Origin: Paraspadella gotoi
Lineage: Eukaryota > Animalia > Chaetognatha
Length of the DNA: 11,916 nt
Direction of reading: 5' to 3'
NCBI GenBank assembly: GCA_051294375.1
Contig: CM119267.1
Span: 11,483,170-11,495,085 of the forward strand
Both the position numbers and the translations under genes were made by a program. Position 1 is the stretch's first letter. The number at the start of each line of letters is the position of its first letter. Under the pieces are notes generated by a model. The model was not told the origin of the DNA and ran no database searches. It saw only the letters and a list, made by a program, of their open reading frames with translations. Of this stretch, positions 1 to 7,859 are shown piece after piece.

Positions 1-410
1 CATCCCAATGGGCATCACAGGCAACCCGGTTGTTGCCATAGTACCTTAATTTAGCTCCTTTTTTTTGGTAATATTTCGTATATTTGTTTGATCGTTTCGT
101 TACTTGGTCTTTCGTTCGTTTTTTATCGTTAATTCGCATATCGTCCCCTGATTTTTTTTCCCCCCGCTGTTATTGGATTCTCTCCGGGTGACGAGGCTCG
201 TGCGCTTCTCTTGGCGTGACCCCTTGAGGCATGAGGCACTTCGAGTGACCCCGGACGCGAGCGTTAAAGGCTTCCACACTTCTTTTCTCGCTTTCCAAAA
301 GCCCCTTCGGTAGAACGAAAGACTTTTCCCTAAACCTAATAATTAATAACTAATAGCTAATAACACTTTCCGGCGCGTTCCTATTTCTTTGCCTCTTTTA
401 AAGTGTTACT

Positions 411-440
411 ACAAACAAACAAACAAACAAACAAAACAAA
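411..440. repeat. (ACAA)n tetranucleotide microsatellite, imperfect at the end
   Basis: acaaacaaacaaacaaacaaacaaaacaaa read directly. Confidence 0.85.
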
Positions 441-529
441 TTGACTTTCATGGATCTTACAAATACATAATTTTTATTTTAATTTTTAAAGACAACAATT
501 TTACTCAACAACGCAAACGAAAATTCGCG

Positions 530-779
530 AAACACCCTGTACCCACTGCGAGTTTCTCCGCTGTCTCTTCCAAACACCCTGTACCCCCTGCGAGTTCCTA
601 GGCTGTCTCTTCCAAACACCCTGTACCCAGCGAGTTCCTCCTGCCCTCTCTTCCAAACACCCTGTACCCCCTTCAGTTCTCAGGCTGCTCTCTTTCCAAA
701 CACCCTGTACCCCCTTCGAGTTCCTCCGCCCCTCTTCCAAACACCCTTACCCCCTTCGAGTTCCTTGGCTGTCTCTTCC
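530..779. repeat. Minisatellite of six tandem 41-43 bp units, consensus ~AAACACCCTGTACCCCCTKCGAGTTCCT(CC/AG)GCTGTCTCTTCC
   Basis: Units start at 530, 572, 614, 655, 698 and 739 (lengths 42,42,41,43,41,41). The junction TCTTCCAAACACCCTGTACCC is nearly invariant. It accounts for the repetitive ORFs 389..601 and 501..740. Confidence 0.95.
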
Positions 780-879
780 AAAAACGACGGCGGATGATTA
801 ACCTTTATTAGGAGCTTCTTACCTCTTCTAAACTCGCCCTATTTTTCAAGCCTTCCTTGTTCCACGACAACTTATCTTT

Positions 880-1160
880 TTGAGTGGGTCTTCTCTTTCC
901 TCTTGTTTTGCTTCCTCGTCCTTCCTCCGTTTTCTACTTTCTTCTTTTTCTTTAACTCCATTTCCTTCATTTTTTGCTTTTCCTCAATTTTCAGTTCTCC
1001 TTCGTTCCGTGTTCCTTCTTGATTTGGGTAACGAATCTCCTTTTTTTCTTTTCTCCCTTTCTCCTTTCTCCTTTCCCTTTCTCCTTTCTTCTTTCCCTTT
1101 TACTTCCTCACCTCCCTTTCCCCTTTTTCCTTTCCTTTCTCCGCCCGAGTTCACCAAATC
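880..1160. repeat. Low-complexity polypyrimidine (C/T-rich) tract
   Basis: Mostly C/T runs such as ttctccctttctcctttctcctttcccttt; source of the F/S/L/P-rich ORFs and the K/E/G/R-rich opposite-strand ORF. Confidence 0.8.
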
Positions 1161-1258
1161 CCCTTTTTCTCGTCTCTTATCCAGACACGATCTTATTTCG
1201 CGGCAGGAGGGCCACATATTCCGCTCCCCACTGATTTCGCCATCAGCTCTTATTATCA

Positions 1259-1261
<3 letters not shown>

Positions 1262-1321
<60 letters not shown>
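1262..1321. repeat. (TC)30 microsatellite
   Basis: Perfect dinucleotide run. Confidence 0.98.
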
Positions 1322-1324
<3 letters not shown>

Positions 1325-1514
1325 GCCTCGTTGTATTTACTTTATTCTTTTCATCATCGATAGTTCTTTTGTTTCTCCCTATTTTTTTCCCCTCTTCTCC
1401 GGATTCGCCACCAGCGGCGACATCCTGTGGATGTGTTTTTGTTTCCCACGTGATGTTGTTTGAAAAGGAAAAGCATTAAGGGAAGGAACGTGCCTCGCCG
1501 ACGCCCGCGGGTGG

Positions 1515-1581
1515 AGAGCGAGAGAAAAAGAGAGAGTGAGAGAGCAAGAGTGAGAGTGAGAGAGAGAGCTAAAGAGAGAGA
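1515..1581. repeat. Degenerate (GA)n / GAGAGT tract
   Basis: agagcgagagaaaaagagagagtgagagagcaagagtgagagtgagagagagag. Confidence 0.75.
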
Positions 1582-1720
1582 CCCCGCAGAATCTGTGCCA
1601 CTTTCCGGAGAAAGAAAAAGTGAAAGAAAGTCGTTCGCATTTATTCCCCCGGTCGTTGTCGGCATTCTCCTAAGAATTCGGCTAATAAGAGAAAAGCGCA
1701 AAAAAAGAAAGAAATAAAGC

Positions 1721-1787
<67 letters not shown>
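1721..1787. repeat. (AAAG)16 microsatellite
   Basis: Perfect tetranucleotide run at 1724-1787 preceded by a partial unit. Confidence 0.97.
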
Positions 1788-1788
<1 letters not shown>

Positions 1789-2356
1789 GAGTGAGAAATA
1801 AAGAAAGAATGAAACGAAAAATGTGTTGTTATTTTGTCTGGTAAAGAGGGCGCTCACGTTCAGGCTGCACCACGCCCTCTTTTTAGCTTAAAACCGGAAG
1901 TCGGATCAAAGGGATAAAAGACTGACGCTTACTGCCTCAGAACGGAGAGCCTTTTGCGGGCGGAGAAGTAAAAAAAATCCCACTAATTCTAATTTGCTTG
2001 GGAGCCTATGAATCTGTAAAGAGCTCTTTTTCTCTTTTCCACTCTTTCTCGTCAAATTCCTTCTATTTTTACTCTGGCGGTTTTTAACCCTAAAAGAATT
2101 ACTAATATTAACAGGTTAATTAGACGAGTAAAAAAATTTTTTTTCAACACATGGCTTATTTTGGTAAACGCTAGCAATTTCATTTTATATAATGTAACAT
2201 AATTATCAACATATAACGAAATTAATTTTTTACACCTCTCACCTAAGCTTTTCCTCGAGGTTTTTCTATCCAATTCCATATCCTTTTCTACCCTTTAACC
2301 TTCACTTTCTCATCCATCCCCTCATTATTTCCACCTTCTCACCTCAACCTGTCCCA

Positions 2357-2395
2357 ACCACCACCACCACCACCACCACCACCACCACCGCCGCC
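2357..2395. repeat. (ACC)11 trinucleotide microsatellite grading into GCC
   Basis: accaccacc... at 2357-2389 followed by gccgcc. Confidence 0.95.
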
Positions 2396-2629
2396 ATTTC
2401 CCACGTCTTTTGTTTTCATTCCACCGTAACTTTTTCTTCGCCCATTTTTTTCCCCTTCCTCGATTTTACGAGAAGGGCGTCGAAGATCCTACTTACCCTT
2501 TTGCCTTACCCTTTTTCGCCTTACCACCACCCTCGGCCATTTCGAACGCTACCTCACTTCACTCTCACCCCCTTTTCCCCTTCCCCCTTCTCTCCTTTCC
2601 TTTCACCGTCTCCGAATTCCGGCGGAAAC

Positions 2630-2722
2630 TGATTTATGTCTCCAATCAAAGGCGTAATCATAAAGGGACCATAGACCGCAAATGGGCGGGAAAATTAGGG
2701 GGATCCTGACCGGATGACGTAA
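2630..2722. promoter_or_regulatory. Putative enhancer-like motif cluster (Exd/Pbx-Hox, TCF, posterior-Hox/Caudal, bZIP)
   Basis: TGATTTATG 2630-2638; ATCAAAG 2645-2651; TAATCATAAA 2655-2664; ATGACGTAA 2714-2722. Motif matches only. Confidence 0.3.
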
Positions 2723-2751
2723 AATCGGGACGTTGAATGAGGGGAGGGGAA

Positions 2752-2769
2752 GAGGAGGAGGAGGAGGAG
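2752..2769. repeat. (GAG)6 microsatellite in a G/A-rich tract
   Basis: gaggaggaggaggaggag. Confidence 0.85.
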
Positions 2770-2909
2770 AGGGTGAGAAGTGGGATGCGTCGAAGAGGCT
2801 GAAGTGGAGCAAGGTAAAGTCTGTTAAGGGCTTCAGGCGTTGATTGTTCCAGGGTAAATGGAAAATAATAAACACGGAACGAAAACAAAGGGGAGGGCCT
2901 GGGGAGGCG

Positions 2910-2934
2910 TCTCTCTCTCTCTCTCTCTAACTCC

Positions 2935-2994
<60 letters not shown>

Positions 2995-3008
2995 TCTCTC
3001 TCTCTCTC
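2910..3008. repeat. Interrupted (TC)n microsatellite
   Basis: Long TC run with a few interruptions (aactccc, cc, tt). Confidence 0.95.
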
Positions 3009-3125
3009 CAACTCTTTTTTATATTTCTCTCATTCTCCTCTGGTATCGGCGTCCGGCCTTTTCCCGCGCTCCCGTTGCCACGCGACGACCTTCTCGTGAC
3101 CTCGAGACGCGTGATCCATTTCCCG

Positions 3126-3143
3126 GTCACGTGACTCTATAAG
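3126..3143 (+). promoter_or_regulatory. Palindromic extended E-box GTCACGTGAC (CLEAR/USF/MiT-type) followed by a weak TATA-like CTATAAG
   Basis: Perfect 10-bp palindrome at 3126-3135 and TATAA at 3138-3142, in a CpG-rich island (3041-3150). Function untested. Confidence 0.3.
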
Positions 3144-3357
3144 CTCCGCTCTCTTTTTCTTTCATGTTCATTATTGCAATCATTCTTTTATGTACGTTTT
3201 TTTGTGTGAGGAAAAATATAAAAAAAGGGTACTTCTTATACAATGAACCACTGACATTAAAGTCGATATAAACATTAACAACGTTTTAATTTTTGAAAAA
3301 GCAAGCATCCGAATCGAAGAATTAAAAATAAATCATCGTATGAAAGATAAAAATGCG

Positions 3358-3405
3358 CGACGACGACGACAGCGACGACGACGACGGTGATAGCGACGAC
3401 GACGA
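3358..3405. repeat. Interrupted (CGA/GAC)n trinucleotide repeat
   Basis: cgacgacgacgacagcgacgacgacgacggtgatagcgacgacgacga. Confidence 0.85.
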
Positions 3406-3543
3406 GGATAATGAGTACGAAGAAAAAGGGGGAAGAAGGGAGAAAATTTTGCCGCCATATTTATCATGTTTTACTAAGACTTAATGGAAACCGGAAGAAA
3501 GCGCAAAAATATTCGCCCCAAGGCGTTTTGTAAAAATAAAATT

Positions 3544-3658
<115 letters not shown>

Positions 3659-4300
3659 TAGGAAGACATAAAGAAATAAAGTAAGTTAAAAAGTCAAAAA
3701 ATATAACGCCACTCAACCCGCATTCTCATCACAAAGTTCGATATAATAACAGAATCTGCGTCCATCAGAAAGACGCAGTAATTCTTATGAGATAAACCAA
3801 AGAAATGTCGATTGGTCTTTCCGGAAAACATATTCTTACCGATCGCTATCCTCAATACTTACCCAAAATTGTCGTTGTCAAGTTCTCGAAGTTTTTCTAT
3901 CATCATCGAAATCGTCGTCAGCAAAGACAAGATTCGATTTTTCCATTATTAACCTCCTTCTCTCTCTCCCTTTCTTCCCAACAGAAAAAAACTACGTACC
4001 AGAATCGATAACTCATCCACGAACTTCCTCCTCATTTTTCCTCCTTTGTGATGTATATATATATCGATTTCAACGAAAACTTTCCCAATAAAAAAAAAAT
4101 CGGTATTGGGAATCTCAGTGTTTGCGATATCGAGACAGAGACAAAGTTTCCAATTTCCTCTCCTCCCAACCCGACCTCCGACTCCCGCCACCTACCCGAC
4201 CCTCCTCCCCTGCCTTTTTTTGCCCGTTCGAATCGTCCTCCAAAGAGACATAAAAGAGGATGTGACTCTTCTGACTTAAACGGTCATCGACGGAAATCCA

Positions 4301-4305
4301 CGTCG

Positions 4306-4334
<29 letters not shown>
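4301..4334. repeat. (CGT/TCG)n trinucleotide microsatellite
   Basis: cgtcgtcgtcgtcgtcgtcgtcatcgtcgtcgtc. Confidence 0.92.
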
Positions 4335-4336
<2 letters not shown>

Positions 4337-4380
4337 TCTCTTCTCTCTCCCCCGCTTTTCAAAAGTGCAAGACAATTTTA

Positions 4381-4458
4381 TGACGTCAAGAATGACGGCG
4401 AAAATGACGTAATCATGGCGTCGGTAATGATGTCAAAAATGACGACGAAAACGACGTC
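4381..4458. repeat. Degenerate ~12 bp tandem array, consensus TGACGTCRAAAA
   Basis: Units at 4381 tgacgtcaagaa, 4393 tgacggcgaaaa, 4405 tgacgtaatca, 4416 tggcgtcggtaa, 4428 tgatgtcaaaaa, 4440 tgacgacgaaaa, 4452 cgacgtc. Confidence 0.8.
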
Positions 4459-4575
4459 CGCGTTTCGCGCAGTCAAACCAGTTTTTTTTTCTTTCTTTCT
4501 TTTTTCTGCTAGAAAAAAGAAAAGGAGGATTCGTCGCCATTATTTTTATTAGATCGAAATTGGGGGGAAAGATGT

Positions 4576-4594
4576 GGGCGGGGGGAGGGGAGGG
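4576..4594 (+). other. Canonical G-quadruplex-forming motif with 1-nt loops
   Basis: GGG-C-GGGGGGG-A-GGG-A-GGG, with an extra G6 run at 4562-4567. Confidence 0.65.
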
Positions 4595-4668
4595 CGAAAG
4601 AAAGGATCGAGAATCTTCGTTTCACGATGTTCGTTGAAAAGTGGTACAGTGGCATGTGGAATGAGAAG

Positions 4669-4673
<5 letters not shown>

Positions 4674-4751
<78 letters not shown>

Positions 4752-4758
4752 GAGAGAC
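4674..4758. repeat. (GA)36 microsatellite with an imperfect tail
   Basis: Perfect GA run at 4674-4745. Confidence 0.98.
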
Positions 4759-4854
4759 GTCTTTCTCATTTCCTGTTTCGCGCCAGGTGGAACATCGCGA
4801 GCGGTCATCCCCATTCCCGACGAAATTAGCTTAATAACCAAACCTCGACGGAGA

Positions 4855-4895
4855 ACGACGACGACAATGACGACGAAGACGACGACAACGACGAC
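4855..4895. repeat. Interrupted (ACG)n trinucleotide repeat
   Basis: acgacgacgacaatgacgacgaagacgacgacaacgacgac. Confidence 0.85.
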
Positions 4896-5469
4896 ATCAA
4901 CGAAATCAAGAACTCACTGGTCGAGATATATTCCGTGCAATTGCACTCGCGGTTTTCATGTTGGCATAAAAACGAGAAAAAAAACCCGACTTTTCAACGA
5001 GCGGACTTTTTAAAATGTCGCTTCAATTATTTTAACAATAAGTTGAATTGTGAGCAAACCTTATTATAATTGATTTAATATTAAATGGTTATTAATTTAC
5101 GATTTTCTAAAATGTGAAATTTCAATAAATTAATATAGTATTTTGTCATACTTAAGCTACAGCTTACTTAATATATCACTCAACAAACGAACTACCAACT
5201 ACGCAATAGACCTAAGAAATAACTGTGAAATTCACAATCTTCCGCGATAATCTAGAAAAACCCAAAAACATGATTTGCAGTGATTTAAATGCCAGAGTCT
5301 TCAGTCCTCTCTTTCCCAAAGAAAAGGCTTCTGCGCTCGCCGAAGCCATTGAGGAGAGAAGCAGCGATTCTCTACAAAACGCCGTCTTATTCTCCGAGAA
5401 ATGGCGAAAATGCCATCACCTCGGATTGCCTACAACCTTTCCACTTTGGATTGTCGCTCTCGGCGAAAG

Positions 5470-5472
<3 letters not shown>

Positions 5473-5505
<33 letters not shown>
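5473..5505. repeat. (TC)n microsatellite truncated by an assembly gap
   Basis: TC run leads directly into Ns at 5506. Confidence 0.95.
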
Positions 5506-5627
5506 NNNNNNNNNNNNNNNNNNNNNNNNNNNNNNNNNNNNNNNNNNNNNNNNNNNNNNNNNNNNNNNNNNNNNNNNNNNNNNNNNNNNNNNNNNNNNNN
5601 NNNNNNNNNNNNNNNNNNNNNNNNNNN
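5506..5627. other. Assembly gap (122 N)
   Basis: N run. Confidence 1.
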
Positions 5628-5770
5628 AGTCCGAGAATAGAGACAGTAGTTCGTGCTACGTCAAAACCTTGGATTCTTCATGAAGGAAAAAACAAAGATA
5701 TGAAAAAGAAAAGAAAAAAAAGAGAAATAGAGTGAAAAAATGAGAAAAAAATTATAAGAAAATAGAGATG

Positions 5771-5774
<4 letters not shown>

Positions 5775-5806
<32 letters not shown>

Positions 5807-5900
5807 AGAAGAGAGAGAGAGAGAGACAGAGAGAGAGAGACGAGAGGAGAGAGAGAGAGAAGGAGAAGGGAGAGAGAGAGAGAGAAAGAGAGAGAGAGAA
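5775..5900. repeat. Interrupted (GA)n microsatellite
   Basis: Long GA run with GAA, GAC and GG interruptions. Confidence 0.95.
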
Positions 5901-6044
5901 AAGAAATGGCCTCCAGTCTCACGGATCAGAGTCGAGTCAGGGAATGTTAAGGTGGTAAATGGTATCGAGGGGCGTTGCTCTTTCCTTCGTTCTCCTCTTC
6001 GCTGTTGGTCTCTCTGCAGTCGTCTTTGTTGTTTGCTTGTTTCC

Positions 6045-6093
6045 TCGGCTGGTGCCATGTATTATTATTCCCTGTGTATGGCATTAGGTCCGA
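6045..6093 (+). ncRNA. Candidate RNA stem-loop (18 bp stem, 11-nt loop); no match to a miRNA family I recall
   Basis: TCGG-CTGGTGCCATGTAT (6045-6062) pairs with GTGTATGGCATTAG-[GT bulge]-CCGA (6074-6093); 5 of the pairs are G-U. Confidence 0.25.
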
Positions 6094-7312
6094 TACTATT
6101 GTCCCTGTTTCTCACAAACGCAAAACACCAAACAAAGAAACATCAAAACGAGTTTGAATTGGCGAGACGTCTTTGCTTGTTTATATTTTGTTATGGTTTA
6201 AGGTTTTATATTCGGTTACATGATTTCATAGGAGAAAGTTTCACCGAACCAAAGTTTAAGAATGAAATATCTCCTGTTTTTTGTGTTGGTGAGACTCTCA
6301 TGGGATCAAAATCACAATAAAAAAAGGTAGACCAAATAAGAAAGAAAAGAAAGAAAAACAAATAAAAGTTAAAAAAAAAAGTTATTTTTGTGATTTCCGG
6401 TGGAGTGAGTTTCTTTGCATTCGATTTCGAATCAAAAAAGTTCACTTCCATTTCACTTTCAAATCACAAAAAATTTCTCCTCCCCCTTTCCCTGGGCAAT
6501 TTTTTTCCCTTCCTTTCTCCCACGCTCGCTAAATTTGTTTTTCCATACATATGCCGATGATATTTCTTTTTTTGCTTTTTAAAGCAAAAAACTTATTTAC
6601 AAACCAAAATGAAACAAAATAGAAATTTAATTACTATAAAAATGTACAAACTTTTATCGTTCTGGTCCGTTGAATCTGTAAATCGGGAGATATCGTAAAT
6701 ATTTTAGCCCAATGGACTAAATGTACGTAAATGTTAAAAAAGTTTTATTTTCTTCTCCTTATCAACTTTCTCGCTCTAGTTTTTTTCCGACTCCAATTTT
6801 CTTCTTGCACCTGGAGCGATAAGAAAATTATCTTTCCTTCTCGCGTTTAATTTTTAGTCGCGGCAAAGTTGCCAGCCGAAGTAATTCGTACAGGCCTTCT
6901 GCCGTTCAGGTGTTGTTCGTATAGTCGTTTACCACAGAACTTAAACATAGGCCTTAGGGTAAAGGTTAAATATAATAAATTTGAACTGGCACAAGAACAG
7001 TCGCGATCTTTTTTTTTTACGCCGTCATTATTCAAATGACAACATTTGTTTCACATTTTTTTGGGGGAAATAATTGATTGGATTTAGATAATACATATCA
7101 TAAAGAATAATAGCAAAATCTGTATACGAGTAAACATCTTTGTAGAAATTCCCATAAAGAAATAATTAAAGTTTTAAAAATGGTACAAAAATCGCCCCGC
7201 CCCGCGCCCTCCGTCCAAACCCTGACATTGTTTCTCTCCACCCATCCCTTCCCTTACAACCTCCGCGCATTCCCCGACACCCAGAGCGAAACCGAGTTTG
7301 GGCTCGACTCAC

Positions 7313-7412
7313 CATTCATCAAAAGCGACAGGACTGACCAGAGTAAATACCAACGGCCGAGTCCAAGGGCCGAGTCTGCCTTTTGTTCAGACTCGATGTC
7401 TGCCCCCGAGGG
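7313..7412 (-). other. Candidate 100-nt internal exon on the minus strand (unverified)
   Basis: Minus strand reads ttttccag|CCCTCG...GATGAATG|gtgagt. Phase-0 frame is open: PSGADIESEQKADSALGLGRWYLLWSVLSLLMN plus 1 nt. Pyrimidine tract is short and no homology is recognised. Confidence 0.22.
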
Positions 7413-7476
7413 CTGGAAAACTTTATGGGGGTCGGGGCGGCAAGGAGCGGGATTTCGGGAGGGAGCAATGTAAGAG

Positions 7477-7549
7477 CTCTCTCTTCTCTTCTCTCTCTCT
7501 CCTCTCTCTCTCTTCTCCTCTCTCCTCTCTCTCTCTCTCTCTCTTTCTC
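7477..7549. repeat. Interrupted (TC)n microsatellite
   Basis: TC run with tt/cc interruptions. Confidence 0.93.
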
Positions 7550-7661
7550 CAGCTTGTATTTATTGTTATTTGCTTAAACTCTCGTCCAGAGGTTGATGAC
7601 GTGTCGAGGAGGCTTAATACCGGGAACGTGTCGGGTCGCATTCGGTTTCGAGGCGCCATTG

Positions 7662-7698
7662 CGAGCGAGAGAGAGTGAGAGAGAGAGAGAGTGTGTGT
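7662..7698. repeat. Compound (GA)n(GT)n microsatellite
   Basis: gagcgagagagagtgagagagagagagagtgtgtgt. Confidence 0.85.
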
Positions 7699-7773
7699 CG
7701 CGTGGACTTTGTCAGTTTGTGCCTCGATTATACCATGATGTTGATATCGATAGAAGACTTAGCTTCAATGCCG

Positions 7774-7859
7774 TACTAATACATTTATATTTCTTTTTAT
7801 TTCAGGCAAGGTCAACGAGACAACTTTCACCAAACAAATTATTTTTCCGCTGAAATAAA
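7774..7859 (+). other. Candidate 3' splice site (branch point, pyrimidine tract, CAG) and short terminal exon with poly(A) signal
   Basis: TACTAAT 7774-7780; tttatatttctttttatttCAG|G with AG at 7804-7805; stops TGA 7851-7853 or TAA 7856-7858; AATAAA 7854-7859. Confidence 0.35.

Noticed and set aside
534-541. ACCCTGTA in the minisatellite resembling the 5' end of miR-10
   Set aside because: Only about 8 nt match, the rest diverges, and there is no precursor hairpin.
389-740. ORFs 389..601 (+) and 501..740 (-) as repeat proteins
   Set aside because: They translate the minisatellite. Unit lengths of 41 and 43 shift the frame, which argues against coding constraint.
530-779. CRISPR array (constant ~21 bp segment plus variable ~20 bp segment)
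   Set aside because: The would-be spacers are homologous to each other, the unit is too short, there are no cas genes and the context is eukaryotic. It is a minisatellite.
880-1857. Long ORFs 880..1479, 974..1234, 984..1259, 1354..1857 and 1460..1717
   Set aside because: They stay open only because pyrimidine, (TC)n and (AAAG)n tracts lack stop codons. The products are low-complexity with no domain.
1843-1884. Bacterial rho-independent terminator or tRNA fragment
   Set aside because: The context is eukaryotic, the 20-nt loop is too large for a terminator, there is no upstream gene and no cloverleaf. It is kept only as a generic hairpin.
4935-4949. AATTGCACTCG resembling the 5' end of miR-92 family members, overlapping the palindrome GTGCAATTGCAC
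   Set aside because: The 3' half of miR-92 (TCCCGGCCT) is absent and there is no pre-miRNA fold. A lone 12-bp palindrome is not informative.
7745-7752. DRE core-promoter motif TATCGATA
   Set aside because: A single 8-mer in AT- and CpG-rich sequence, with no other promoter support nearby.
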